A stretch of DNA of 64,000 nucleotides, taken from positions 124,001 to 188,000 of the IMG/VR virus record IMGVR_UViG_3300047560_000921; one strand, given 5' to 3'. Under the pieces are notes generated by a model. That model was not told the origin of the DNA and did no database searches. It saw nothing but the letters and a program-made list of their open reading frames with translations. Shown piece by piece: positions 44,327 through 54,684 of the stretch; position 1 is the first letter of the stretch; the number at the start of each line of letters is the position of its first letter. The translations under genes and the position numbers were made by a program.

Positions 44327-45886
44327 TTAGAAAGTCACGGTTGTTACGGATGCAAAAGCAGTCCATTTAATTGTGTTGCTGGCCATACCAGTTGCTGTAA
44401 TAGTTAGCACATCGCCAGACACAGATACATCTGCGGCCAGTGTCGAACCAGTACTGGCTAGTATTTCGTTTACTGTTGCACCTACTAGTGTAACAACTCC
44501 GCCGTTATTAATCAATAAGCCTTTAACTATGCTAGCATAACGCTGTAGTGCATTGGCACCTACAAACTTAACTTCAAAGCTAGCACTTGCCCCTACTGGT
44601 ACATGGATCTTGTTAGTGCCCACAATAGTAAGCTCAGTTGGGATAGAATCAGTTGTTGTGCAAGTAAGAACATAGTTGCTGGTATTTACAGTTGGATCAG
44701 CATCACTGATTAAGACTTGTTGATTGTTTACTGTTGTCTTGCTATAAGTTGTCAGCCAACGATTTGTAACGCTACCGATATTGTAAGTGTCGGTACTTAA
44801 TGGAACAATGTCACTGTTAATTTCTGCGGCAAATGTTACAGTGTCAGTTGCGGCATTACCCAATTGAATGTTACCGTCTGCTGTAATGCTACCAGTTGCA
44901 TGAATGTTACCTGCAACGTTTAAGTTGCCGCCACCGATAGTTGTATCACCTTGAATGTTAACACTACCTGCACCTTCAGTAATAAGGCTAATACTAGTAT
45001 TGCCTCCGGTAGAGTTAGTACTAATAGGACCACTGCCAGTGCCGTCTTCGATATGTGTTACGCGGCCATAACTATCAACAGTAACGTTAGCATAAGCATA
45101 AACACCTGCAACAACACCACTAGCAGGAACATCAATTAAACCTGTTTGGTTGTTGTACAGCAATGGACCTTGTACGCTTAGACTTTCTCTGGCACGAATT
45201 TCAGTAAAGTAACGATTAACGCCTTCTGAAATGTCAGTGGTATTTCTAGGAATTGTAATTAAACCAGTACTGGGATTATAGTTTGCAACACCTGTAGTAT
45301 AGCTTAAACTGGCTTGTGCTCTAGCTTCTGTAAAGAATCTAGCAGTAGGTACTTCGATTAATCTATCGGTTCTTGGATTGTATCTAATCAAACCAGCAGT
45401 ACCGTCGTAGGTCAAGAAAGTTGGTTGAATATCATCGCCGACTACGTTGATACTATCGCGGGCCCTACTTGTTAAGAAGTATAAGTTGTTAGAGCCTTCT
45501 TCGATAAAATCAGTTGTTTGCTCATTTAGCTTGTATTCTACCCACTGTTTAGTTGTCGCCTCTAAGGGTAACAGCGGATCGCGGGACATAACTAGCGGAC
45601 CAGTCATAGTGTCCCCGGCCCTACTAACTGCGGAGTTAGCCAAGCTAGTAATATTTGTTATAAAATCGGGGTCATTGCCAATAGCAGTAGAAATCTCACC
45701 CAGGGTGTCTAATACACCTGGAGCACCGTTTATTAACTCGGCAACGGCGGTACGAACCCAACGAGTAGTGGCGACAACATTACTGTTTTCGCTTTGCGGC
45801 GGATCTTGTACTTCTACTGAATGAACAATAAGTTGACCTGTTGGGTCTAACTGTAAATTGCCCCTTGATTTTATAATTGTTGTCAT
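44327..45886 (-). CDS. virion structural/tail-fibre-like protein
   Basis: DTLGEISTAIGND, GDTMTGPL, repeated TTDxIxEGxNxxYFT..RAR units, Gly/Thr-rich. Confidence 0.7.
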   Translation of the reverse strand: MTTIIKSRGNLQLDPTGQLIVHSVEVQDPPQSENSNVVATTRWVRTAVAELINGAPGVLDTLGEISTAIGNDPDFITNITSLANSAVSRAGDTMTGPLVMSRDPLLPLEATTKQWVEYKLNEQTTDFIEEGSNNLYFLTSRARDSINVVGDDIQPTFLTYDGTAGLIRYNPRTDRLIEVPTARFFTEARAQASLSYTTGVANYNPSTGLITIPRNTTDISEGVNRYFTEIRARESLSVQGPLLYNNQTGLIDVPASGVVAGVYAYANVTVDSYGRVTHIEDGTGSGPISTNSTGGNTSISLITEGAGSVNIQGDTTIGGGNLNVAGNIHATGSITADGNIQLGNAATDTVTFAAEINSDIVPLSTDTYNIGSVTNRWLTTYSKTTVNNQQVLISDADPTVNTSNYVLTCTTTDSIPTELTIVGTNKIHVPVGASASFEVKFVGANALQRYASIVKGLLINNGGVVTLVGATVNEILASTGSTLAADVSVSGDVLTITATGMASNTIKWTAFASVTTVTF

Positions 45887-45888
45887 TT

Positions 45889-46056
45889 TTATTCTTTGAT
45901 AATTTCTACAACTACGCCGTTACCAACTAACTCTTGTACAAGCACTTCTAGGTTAGTTACAACATCGTGCCCAGCTAGTGGAACTACATCTGCTTCGCTA
46001 TCCTTAGTTAATCTGCTTAGTTTGATAACAACTAGTTCTTCGTGTATTTTTGCCAT
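45889..46056 (-). CDS. 55-aa hypothetical protein (below the ORF track cutoff)
   Basis: Manual translation MAKIHEELVVIKLSRLTKDSEADVVPLAGHDVVTNLEVLVQELVGNGVVVEIIKE; GGAGAG RBS; ATAAATA at 46074-46080. Confidence 0.75.
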   Translation of the reverse strand: MAKIHEELVVIKLSRLTKDSEADVVPLAGHDVVTNLEVLVQELVGNGVVVEIIKE

Positions 46057-46147
46057 ATCTCTCTCCAATATAGTATTTATTTGGATTGTATCGTAGTGAT
46101 ACTGTAAATATTTATGAATAAATACTCATATAATTTTAGGGACACAC

Positions 46148-47617
46148 ATGAGCTTCTTCAGCCAATATCCAGAATTTGTAGAGCAAGACTCTCGCAAAGA
46201 CCGCGGTTTCAGCCAAGTTACAATAGAAACATTAGACAACAGGCATCAAGTATCTGCACCATCGTGGTTAGTAGACGGAATGACGGTATTGGATTTGGGA
46301 AGTTGCCTTGGAGCAACAGGGCATTGGGTCCTTAGTCACGGCTGTACACATTACACAGGCGTTGAAGTGCAGCCAGAATTGGCTGCTACAAGCAGAACGT
46401 TATTGTCTAAATATTGGAAAGACACGCAATATTCTATTGTAGAACAAGACTTGCGAAGCTTCTTGGATCAAGAAATTGCCGCAGGTAAGAAGTATGATGT
46501 TATTGTTATGGTAGGAGTCATTTATGCTTTCCTTGATACATATAACATCCTGAGTAAGTTGGCAGAAATATGTGACTATTCCATGGTCATTGACAGCATT
46601 TATCCATGGAACATGACAACGCCCGATGTACCTATCATTGATGTAATACGCTGGCAACATATTAACAGTTCTGATTCCAATACTGCATTTCAAGGCGCAG
46701 GCAGTCGACCAGCACCTAACGCACTACGCATCATGATGGAAACTCTGGGCTATGAAAACAAAGAAGGCCTGTTATATCCAAAACCAGTAGAAAATAAAGA
46801 CGTACATGATAGCTATATTACTCCCATTGAGCGTCCAGGTTCTAAATCTTATAAATTACCTGCACGTTACATGATGCGTTTTTACAAAACAGAACAAACA
46901 TCTATCAAGCAAGTTGGCGATTATGTTGTATCGAACAACAAAGACAAAAAAGTAGAAATGGCCAAGGCGCCGCCTGTAGCAGTTGCAGATACCTGGGTGT
47001 TCGACGAAACGGTTGCTAAACGATTCCAGCAAGAAGCAGAAACACATATTCCCGATTATGCTAGAGTTATTAAAATGTGCATGGAGTACACTAACCAAGT
47101 CTACAACACTAATAAATCAATAAACATAATCGACGTTGGTAGTGCGTTAGGTAACACTATGGATTCTTTTATATCACAAGGATATACTAACGTAACAGGG
47201 GTAGATAACAGTCAATCGATGATTGCGTCTAGTAAGTATCCTGATCAAGTAACATTGTCTAATACATTCCCGCAAGGACAATACGATGTAGTGTTAGCTA
47301 ACTGGACCTTACACTTTGTCACTGAACGCAAACAGTATATCCAAGACATATATGATTCAATGACACACAATGGTATGCTTATACTAAGTGACAAAATGGA
47401 CCATAGTCTGGAAACAGAAAATTTATACTACGACTTTAAACGTGCAAACGGCGTGCCCGAAGATGTAATTCAAAAGAAGAAGACTGCACTAGTAGGCGTA
47501 TTAGTAACCAAGCCTTTGCAATGGTACTTAGACACGCTAAAGGAAATAGGATTTACTGATATCCAAGTTATAAATTCACGCTTTATGTTCTCAACAATCT
47601 ATGCAAGAAAACTATAA
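46148..47617 (+). CDS. tandem class I SAM-dependent methyltransferase fusion (CmoB-like N-terminal plus CmoA-like C-terminal domain)
   Basis: N: VLDLGSCLG, YDVIVMVGVIY. C: WVFDETVA..F...HIPDY, IDVGSALG, NWTLHF, LILSDK, YYDFKRANG. Confidence 0.75.
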   Translation: MSFFSQYPEFVEQDSRKDRGFSQVTIETLDNRHQVSAPSWLVDGMTVLDLGSCLGATGHWVLSHGCTHYTGVEVQPELAATSRTLLSKYWKDTQYSIVEQDLRSFLDQEIAAGKKYDVIVMVGVIYAFLDTYNILSKLAEICDYSMVIDSIYPWNMTTPDVPIIDVIRWQHINSSDSNTAFQGAGSRPAPNALRIMMETLGYENKEGLLYPKPVENKDVHDSYITPIERPGSKSYKLPARYMMRFYKTEQTSIKQVGDYVVSNNKDKKVEMAKAPPVAVADTWVFDETVAKRFQQEAETHIPDYARVIKMCMEYTNQVYNTNKSINIIDVGSALGNTMDSFISQGYTNVTGVDNSQSMIASSKYPDQVTLSNTFPQGQYDVVLANWTLHFVTERKQYIQDIYDSMTHNGMLILSDKMDHSLETENLYYDFKRANGVPEDVIQKKKTALVGVLVTKPLQWYLDTLKEIGFTDIQVINSRFMFSTIYARKL

Positions 47618-48527
47618 TTTTATTCAAGGTAAAGGTGTACAGTTGTATGTTAGGTGCATACCGTCTATAACACCAACGAACAAAGCAGTACTACTATTCA
47701 ATAGCCGTAGCCTTTGCGTCGAATCTAGCATGGGCATCTCAATGAGCAGTATCAGTTACGGTGATTACTTAGCCAGTAAAGGTATTGAAGTGTTTTTAGT
47801 TGATCTACGAGGATACGGACAAAGTACTATCATTCAAGAGCAACTTGCATCCACAAAAGCGCAAGTTACAGACCCAATGTCGTTACAAAAGTACTACGAT
47901 GATTTGTTATCCAGCGTCACCTATGTAAAACAAACCATGGGTGCAGATACGGAAGTGACCTTAATGGGATTTAGTTTCTTGGGTACATTAGTTGTCACGT
48001 TTGCTCATTTATATCCCGATGCCGTTAAGAATGTTATTAGCTTGAATCCAACCTGGCTTAGGGAGGAGCAAGACCCTACCAACGATTCATTTAATTTTAC
48101 TACAAATGTAGATAACAATGCTCCTTATGTAGAAGTTAATATGGCTAATATTAAGCATAGGTTAGAAGTTGCACAGCCTGAAGGAAAAAACTTTATTGAC
48201 CAAACATGGTTTGACCAAGCAAACACGGCATTGGCTATGCACCACAAGACATTTGACAGTAGCACACAGTCGTGGAAAATTCACAAAAAGATTAGTTGGA
48301 TCAAACATCTAACATCGTTGAATAGTATGAAGAATGTAAAGGCAAACGTATTGTTTATTACAGCACAGTATGATACTGAAAATCCTTTTTATCTTGTTAG
48401 GCGTATGTTTAACAGATTAGGAATTCATAATAAGTATCTTAGAATTTTACCTAATGCCACCCATCTTTGTATATGGGAAACGGCAAGGCACACACTTTAC
48501 GAATGGACAGCGGAGTTTATATTATGA
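47601..48527 (+). CDS. alpha/beta hydrolase
   Basis: VDLRGYGQS, GFSFLG nucleophile elbow, YD...ATH. Confidence 0.8.
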   Translation: MQENYNFIQGKGVQLYVRCIPSITPTNKAVLLFNSRSLCVESSMGISMSSISYGDYLASKGIEVFLVDLRGYGQSTIIQEQLASTKAQVTDPMSLQKYYDDLLSSVTYVKQTMGADTEVTLMGFSFLGTLVVTFAHLYPDAVKNVISLNPTWLREEQDPTNDSFNFTTNVDNNAPYVEVNMANIKHRLEVAQPEGKNFIDQTWFDQANTALAMHHKTFDSSTQSWKIHKKISWIKHLTSLNSMKNVKANVLFITAQYDTENPFYLVRRMFNRLGIHNKYLRILPNATHLCIWETARHTLYEWTAEFIL

Positions 48528-49162
48528 TGCCCGATATGAAATATTTGATTTTAAGCACTGAGAATTTTTGTGTTTATACTATGAGTCCCCGACACTTAAC
48601 TGCAAATGCATTAGTAGCAGGAGAAGGCGACAGCATGATTCGTGGTATTACTTGGAGCAATAGCGTTGAGTACAATCGTGTTACTAACCGAGACTTTTTC
48701 TACGATAAAATATACACAGTAGACACAGCACGAAATGCTTTTATTGAAGTAGATCCTGCTAATGTGTCCGATACATGGAAGCAAACTAGGGAAATTCTTC
48801 GATTAAGGCAAGATGCGTTTTTTAATTGGGAAACACATTTATCAAATAGTCTTGCAAGAGTTATGCGACATGGATGGGAACATTTTGATGTAGTGGCAGA
48901 ACAAGAAATTGCCAAGTCCGATCCTGCTAATAATAGCTACACATGGGTGTTAGAAGAATATGCTCGTACTATGGAAGTATCAGTACAGCAGGCCTACAAA
49001 GAATTAAAGTTACGCATCGAATCTGACAACATTACCAAATTTAGAATTCAAGCCCTTGGAGAAAAATGGCGAAATAAAATAAATCAATGTAATACATTCA
49101 ACGACATTGAAGCCGCAAGAAAAGAAATGGTACGAGAGTTTTGGCTTAACAGTTTAATATGA
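48524..49162 (+). CDS. hypothetical protein
   Basis: Start reassigned to ATG 48524 (ATGA coupling). Confidence 0.65.
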   Translation: MMPDMKYLILSTENFCVYTMSPRHLTANALVAGEGDSMIRGITWSNSVEYNRVTNRDFFYDKIYTVDTARNAFIEVDPANVSDTWKQTREILRLRQDAFFNWETHLSNSLARVMRHGWEHFDVVAEQEIAKSDPANNSYTWVLEEYARTMEVSVQQAYKELKLRIESDNITKFRIQALGEKWRNKINQCNTFNDIEAARKEMVREFWLNSLI

Positions 49163-50256
49163 AATCACTTTACTATTTTAATCCTATGACTGTTACTAAC
49201 AGCCTTTTTAGGAAGGATGCTATTGCATGGGGCAAGGTATATAATCTAATAGGCCGTGCAGTGGGTATGAATGATAGGTCGGGAACGTTAAGCCAGCCCA
49301 TATCATTGGCCACCTATGATAGATGTAAACTGCCAGTCCTTAGTTCCAACTATGTTTCTTATGATGAAGCCGCAGACCAAAGGGTAAAAGAAATATATGA
49401 ATCTAGTGTAAGGCTAGGTAAACCTATAGGCATTATGTGGAGTGGCGGCATTGATAGTACAACCATTGTTGTTGCCTTTCTAAGAAACTACAGTGTGGCA
49501 GAACTTAAACAACGAGTCAAAATTATTCTAAGTACAGAAGCTACGTTAGAAAATCCTACATTTTATTTGAATCACATTTTACCTAACTTTGAATTTGTTA
49601 ACAGTGAATACACGCCATGGCTATTTGACGGATCTATGTTAATTGTTACTGGGGAATTTAACGACCAACTGTTTGGTAGTGATTTAATTAAATTTTACTT
49701 AACTACATGCGGAGCAGAAACAGTCAATGCAAAATTTTCACGCGATGATATTTTTAGTTATATCAACAGCAAAATAAAAGATAGTAAAATATCAAACATT
49801 TTAATTGATGCAGTTATTGAGTCTAGTACCAAGTACGGCGTCAGCTTAGAAAAGAATAGTGATTTCTTTTGGTGGTACAATTTCTGCTTTAAATGGCAGT
49901 GCGTACATTTTAGATTTTATGCATTAACGTTTCCTAGATTAATCCCAACAATTAATGAAGAGTGGGACAGAACGTACATGATACATTTTTTCCAAACAGA
50001 TGCATTTCAGTTATGGAGCATTAATAGTCCGCAAGTAAGGTACATCGATGATTGGAAGAACTATAAATTTAAGGCCAAGGAAAGTATCTATAGATTTGAT
50101 AAGAACTATGAGTACTTCAGAAACAAAATCAAACGCCCTAGCTTACAAACAGTATTTTATCAGCGAATACTATCCGAAGCAGTAACTAGTGATTTTCAAA
50201 TATTGCCTACATTTGATCCGCATGAATATTATAACTCAGAAAATTCATTCAAATAA
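49159..50256 (+). CDS. PP-loop (adenine nucleotide alpha-hydrolase / asparagine synthetase-like) enzyme
   Basis: IMWSGGIDST, TGEFNDQLFGS; paralog of 62354-63274. Confidence 0.75.
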   Translation: MKSLYYFNPMTVTNSLFRKDAIAWGKVYNLIGRAVGMNDRSGTLSQPISLATYDRCKLPVLSSNYVSYDEAADQRVKEIYESSVRLGKPIGIMWSGGIDSTTIVVAFLRNYSVAELKQRVKIILSTEATLENPTFYLNHILPNFEFVNSEYTPWLFDGSMLIVTGEFNDQLFGSDLIKFYLTTCGAETVNAKFSRDDIFSYINSKIKDSKISNILIDAVIESSTKYGVSLEKNSDFFWWYNFCFKWQCVHFRFYALTFPRLIPTINEEWDRTYMIHFFQTDAFQLWSINSPQVRYIDDWKNYKFKAKESIYRFDKNYEYFRNKIKRPSLQTVFYQRILSEAVTSDFQILPTFDPHEYYNSENSFK

Positions 50257-50278
50257 AAAGCCCCGTTAGGGGCTTTTT
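50255..50278. terminator. bidirectional rho-independent terminator
   Basis: AAAAAGCCCC-gtta-GGGGCTTTTT between convergent genes. Confidence 0.9.
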
Positions 50279-50291
50279 AATTAGCAGTTAG

Positions 50292-50588
50292 TTAAACTGC
50301 TGAGTGAGTTGAAACAATGTTATTTGCAATCAAATATGCTTTTCTAGCTTGGAAGTCTGCGTGGTTAGCAAGACTTGCTTGGAATGCTTGTTGTGCGGCT
50401 TTATTTTCAAAAACCACAGCAGATTCCCACACATTTGCGTCAGTAGAACTTTGCGCTCCAGTTGACGAAACTACGCCCGGGAACGAGCTAACATAACTCG
50501 ACCAGCGTGTAGCTCCGGCGGCATCAACCTGATTCCACCATTGTACATTTGCAGGTTTAACTGTTCTTGTTGTAACTGTATATGCCAT
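50292..50588 (-). CDS. small protein, possible dimeric alpha-beta barrel fold
   Basis: 98 aa with AGGAGA RBS and ATAAATA at 50620-50626. Confidence 0.6.
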   Translation of the reverse strand: MAYTVTTRTVKPANVQWWNQVDAAGATRWSSYVSSFPGVVSSTGAQSSTDANVWESAVVFENKAAQQAFQASLANHADFQARKAYLIANNIVSTHSAV

Positions 50589-50618
50589 ATAAATCTCCTA
50601 TAGGATAGCTAACTATAG

Positions 50619-51353
50619 TTATTTATCTGTTTCCAAAAGTTCTCTATGTAAGATTACTTTGTAGACATCCATTTCGCTGGCACCAATCATTAGCTTGAGC
50701 ATAAGCAAGTCGCTTTCGTCATTAAAGTACATACTTAATGAATTCCACCAACTAAGCATATCTTGCTTCTTAGGATTTTTATGCAACAAAAGCTCTGCAT
50801 TTCTGCTTAGTTTATAGTCTTTTGAGTCTAAGTTCGCAAAGAAATTAGCTAGATTATCCCTTAAAGATTTAATCTCTGTCGTACCCCTTACTTGTACCTT
50901 ATAACGATATCCTGCACACATGCCCGATTGTTCGAACAATTTGGCTCTGAACAAGGGCGTAGCCATCATATCGCTATCGGCAATTTTAATTTGCTCAATG
51001 CTATACGGTACGTGTACTTCAACAATGTTATCTTTGAACTTTTTCAAGACTGCCCTGGCGTGTGATTCTTCTTCTAGGAAGATACTGATTTTGGAATTTT
51101 CAGTACGGCACCTAATTTTAGTTTCCAATTCCTTTTTACAGAATTTAGAAATGTCGCCGGCCAAATTCCTAGCCTTGTACCAAAGCGAGCGCCTAGAGCT
51201 AGGAGACATTGCCCATACATTCAGCTTTTCATCTTCTTTGGTTTTAACATCATATACTAACTTAAAGCACATGGTTCCAAAGTAAGGGCGTTGCACATAA
51301 TTGTGCGGTACGTTTACGCCCAAGTGGATTACTTTATTTTCGTTTTGACTCAT
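50619..51353 (-). CDS. hypothetical protein
   Basis: 244-aa ORF coupled to clpA. Confidence 0.65.
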   Translation of the reverse strand: MSQNENKVIHLGVNVPHNYVQRPYFGTMCFKLVYDVKTKEDEKLNVWAMSPSSRRSLWYKARNLAGDISKFCKKELETKIRCRTENSKISIFLEEESHARAVLKKFKDNIVEVHVPYSIEQIKIADSDMMATPLFRAKLFEQSGMCAGYRYKVQVRGTTEIKSLRDNLANFFANLDSKDYKLSRNAELLLHKNPKKQDMLSWWNSLSMYFNDESDLLMLKLMIGASEMDVYKVILHRELLETDK

Positions 51354-53586
51354 TGAATTTCCAACCAGTTTTAGTGCGAGATAGTTTAATGTTTAGATTT
51401 TTATAATCTGGACTAAACAGGATCTTCTTACTCAGCGGTTGTTTAATTTCAGAAGAAATCAAACGCTTCATAGGTCTCGCACCCATAGCTTCATTATAGC
51501 CATTTTCGATCAGCCAGTCAACTGCCGTGTCGTCCAGTGCAATAGACAAGTTACGTTCCGCAAGTTGTGCGTTCATTTCATTAATAAATTTGCCGACAAT
51601 GTTAACGATAATCTTCTTGTCCAGTTTGTTGAACTTGATAATAGCATCCAAGCGGTTACGAAATTCCGGAGTAAAGAACTTCTTCACAGCGGCATCTTCT
51701 GCACCTTGTACCTTACCAGCACCAAAGCCAATTGCGTTCTTTTCAGCATCGGCGGCACCTAAGTTAGATGTCATAATCAATACAATGTTACGTCCGTTAA
51801 CAGTTTTACCGTCACTGCCAGTAACAATACCTGCATCCATTAACTGTAAGAACACGTTGATAACACTAGGGTGAGCTTTTTCAATTTCGTCTAGCAACAG
51901 AACGCAGTTAGGGTTCTTTTCAATCTCGTTGATAAGTTTACCCGAACCTGCTTGTCCGTCACTATAACCAACATAACCTGGAGGGCTACCAATCAAGCTA
52001 GCTACCTTGTGTTGTTCTTGGTATTCGCTCATGTCAAACCTAATTAGGCTTTGTCCCATTGCTTGTGCCAGTTGTGTTGCCAGTTCAGTTTTACCTGTAC
52101 CAGTTGGGCCCAAGAACAAGAAGCTACCTAGTGGCTTGTTAGGATCTTTCAATCCAGCTTGTGCAATGTACAAGGCATTTAACAGTTCCTCGATAGCATG
52201 ATCCTGTCCATAAACACCTGACTTGAGTTTACCTTCGTAGTCAATCTTGCCCGCTTCTTTGTCATTAACAGTTGTCAGTCGATCCAAGGGAATCTTTGTA
52301 ATACTGCTAATTTCAAATTGAATCTCGGGAACATCAATTACAAGTTTTCTATCTGCTTGAGACTTGATGCGCTGACGTGCGGCACTAGCGTCAATAACGT
52401 CAATGGCCTTGTCTGGCAGTTGCTTGTCCAGCATGTACTTGCTACTAAGTTCAACCGCGGCATCTAAGGCATCAGCAGTAAACTTAATGTTGTGGAACTT
52501 TTCGTAGCTACCAATCAAGCCACGCAGAATTTCTTTACACTGAGCAACAGTAGGTTCTGTAACGTCTAGCTTATAAAAGCGACGATTCATTGCACGATCC
52601 TTTTCAAAGATCTTGCGATACTCTTCGTGTGTTGTGCTACCAATACAACGGATCTTGCCACTGTTCAATGCTGGCTTAATCAAGTTAGCCATATCAGCAG
52701 AGTTATTACCGCCTGATCCTGCACCCATAATCATGTGGATCTCGTCGATGAACAAAATGGCATTGTCGCGTGTTTCTAGGATATCAAGAATGTTTTTCAA
52801 ACGTTCTTCAAAGTCGCCGCGGTACTTAGTACCGGCAAGCAATGCTCCAATATCCAAGCTGAACACTTCGTGACCTTTGAGAAGGTCTGGCACTTGGTCA
52901 TGTACAATCTTATAAGCCAGACCTTCTGCAATAGCAGTTTTACCTACGCCAGGATCGCCTACTAGGACAACGTTGTTTTTCTTACGACGTGCAACAACTT
53001 GCACAAGGTTTTCAATTAGTCCATCGCGTCCAATGACAGCGTCGACTTTGTCTTCCATTGCGGCATCGCACAAGTTTTTGCAATACTTGGCAAGGAACTT
53101 GTCTTCATCTTTGCGATTGCCTTTAGCGCCTGCTTTAGTGGTAGGTGCAGTTTCTTCCTCGACTTCGTTTTGTGACTTGATATAGTCAATCAAACTTTCT
53201 TTTGTAATACCCTGCATGGCCAAGTAGTAAGCGGCATGGCTTTGCTTTTCGCTAAGGATACTTAACAGCACATCTGTTACAGCAATAAAATTGCGGCCAT
53301 TGAACAGGGCTTGTGTAAATGCACGATTGAAGCTACGTTCCAGTGTACTTGTTTTGCGTGGCTTGGCACCTTCTGCCTGCATCTTTTCTTGTACAGCTAA
53401 AAATGTAACTAGCTCTGAGTGTAGCGCAATGGGGTCGCCGCCTAGCTTAGACAACAAGTCTTTAGCAGTGTCGTCTTCTAAAATAGCAAACAGTAAATGT
53501 TCCAGAGTCACATACTCGTGCTTGTTATCAGAGGCTAAGTTAAAAGCCTTGCTAATCATTTCGTGGATCTTATCCTGATCGCTCAT
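51334..53586 (-). CDS. clpA: ClpA/ClpB family AAA+ chaperone
   Basis: Clp N-domain HEYVTLEHLL; GDPGVGKT, KYRGDFEERL, FIDEIH; GPTGTGKT, LLLDEIEKAH; no ClpB middle domain. Confidence 0.93.
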   Translation of the reverse strand: MSDQDKIHEMISKAFNLASDNKHEYVTLEHLLFAILEDDTAKDLLSKLGGDPIALHSELVTFLAVQEKMQAEGAKPRKTSTLERSFNRAFTQALFNGRNFIAVTDVLLSILSEKQSHAAYYLAMQGITKESLIDYIKSQNEVEEETAPTTKAGAKGNRKDEDKFLAKYCKNLCDAAMEDKVDAVIGRDGLIENLVQVVARRKKNNVVLVGDPGVGKTAIAEGLAYKIVHDQVPDLLKGHEVFSLDIGALLAGTKYRGDFEERLKNILDILETRDNAILFIDEIHMIMGAGSGGNNSADMANLIKPALNSGKIRCIGSTTHEEYRKIFEKDRAMNRRFYKLDVTEPTVAQCKEILRGLIGSYEKFHNIKFTADALDAAVELSSKYMLDKQLPDKAIDVIDASAARQRIKSQADRKLVIDVPEIQFEISSITKIPLDRLTTVNDKEAGKIDYEGKLKSGVYGQDHAIEELLNALYIAQAGLKDPNKPLGSFLFLGPTGTGKTELATQLAQAMGQSLIRFDMSEYQEQHKVASLIGSPPGYVGYSDGQAGSGKLINEIEKNPNCVLLLDEIEKAHPSVINVFLQLMDAGIVTGSDGKTVNGRNIVLIMTSNLGAADAEKNAIGFGAGKVQGAEDAAVKKFFTPEFRNRLDAIIKFNKLDKKIIVNIVGKFINEMNAQLAERNLSIALDDTAVDWLIENGYNEAMGARPMKRLISSEIKQPLSKKILFSPDYKNLNIKLSRTKTGWKFNESKRK

Positions 53587-54407
53587 ACCGTTCCTTTAAG
53601 TTGGTTAATTGTTTTGTTGGAATCTTCTTCCGAGACTGCTGGAATTGAAATGTTCAATTTGACCAACATATCGCCTTTTAATCCATTTGCACCGTAGGGC
53701 ATTCCGTAACCTTTAAGGCGCATGAATGTTCCGTGTTGTGTACCTGGGTTAATCTTCACTTCTAGTATTTTATTATCTATTGTATTAATTTGCAAGTCTC
53801 CGCCTGTCATTGCCGTCCAAACGGAAACTTTTTCAATTATAATCAAATCATTGCCATCACGTTCAAAACGAACATGTGGGCGTTGTCTAATAGTTACATA
53901 TAAGTCTCCCGGCGCCGCGGCACCTACTGCCTTGCTACCCAAACCAGTGTATCTAATTTTGGTTCCGTCTTTGTAATCGTGTGACAGTTTCAATTCCAAA
54001 TCCTGCATGGACATTGACGGAAGCCTCAGTCCTACTGACATTGTTTCACTGTTATACAGTTGCTCTAGGTCTACAGTAATGTCTACATGATAGTCTTGGT
54101 TCCTTGGACGTCCTGGATTTCTGAAGATATGTTCGAATGTGTCAAAGCCCGTGTGAGCTTGTCGTTGTCCAAAAACGCTGGCTAAGTCTTCCCAATTGAA
54201 TGGGCTGTCCCCAGGCCAAGATTGTTGTCCGGCAGACTGTTGATGATTTGGATTGGTAAGGGCTTCGTAGGCCGCTTGAATCTCTTGGAATTTGGCTGTA
54301 TCGCCGCCCTTGTCGGGATGATGCTTGCTAGCCAATTTACGGTAGGCTTTTTTAATTTCATCATCGCTAGCGCCAGGCTGAATGCCTAAAACTTTGTAGT
54401 AGTCCAT
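53583..54407 (-). CDS. dnaJ: DnaJ/CbpA-like co-chaperone (no zinc finger)
   Basis: J-domain DYYKVLG...HHPDKGG; C-terminal GDLYV, GYGMP. Confidence 0.9.
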   Translation of the reverse strand: MDYYKVLGIQPGASDDEIKKAYRKLASKHHPDKGGDTAKFQEIQAAYEALTNPNHQQSAGQQSWPGDSPFNWEDLASVFGQRQAHTGFDTFEHIFRNPGRPRNQDYHVDITVDLEQLYNSETMSVGLRLPSMSMQDLELKLSHDYKDGTKIRYTGLGSKAVGAAAPGDLYVTIRQRPHVRFERDGNDLIIIEKVSVWTAMTGGDLQINTIDNKILEVKINPGTQHGTFMRLKGYGMPYGANGLKGDMLVKLNISIPAVSEEDSNKTINQLKGTV

Positions 54408-54415
54408 GTTCTTAT

Positions 54416-54444
54416 ATTCTACTACTTATTGGCATTAATGTCAA
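54416..54444 (-). promoter_or_regulatory. sigma70-type promoter
   Basis: TTGACA-N17-TAGAAT upstream of dnaJ-clpA. Confidence 0.65.
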
Positions 54445-54456
54445 TTTTCGATGTTG

Positions 54457-54684
54457 TCAAAAATCAAACAGTCCTTTTCGCTTTTCGGTTTCAATGATGA
54501 ACTCTTTGGCGATTCGTGATCCTTCAAGACGTACACTTGGATCTGGACTGCCTAGCATTTCGTTTATCAATGCAATTTTGGCCATCTTCTCCATAGTGCG
54601 GTCTCTGGAAATGGATTTGTCAGTGTCAGTTGTAGAGCAACCAACTAATAAGAGTACAGTTAGTGCAACAATGTAACTTTTCAT
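54457..54684 (-). CDS. small lipoprotein
   Basis: MKSYIVALTVLLLVGC lipobox; start reassigned to 54684. Confidence 0.7.
   Translation of the reverse strand: MKSYIVALTVLLLVGCSTTDTDKSISRDRTMEKMAKIALINEMLGSPDPSVRLEGSRIAKEFIIETEKRKGLFDF

Noticed and set aside
49159-50256. Annotating the SGGIDST proteins as QueC
   Set aside because: They lack the C-terminal Cys zinc cluster of QueC and are far from the que operon; a true queC may lie beyond the left edge
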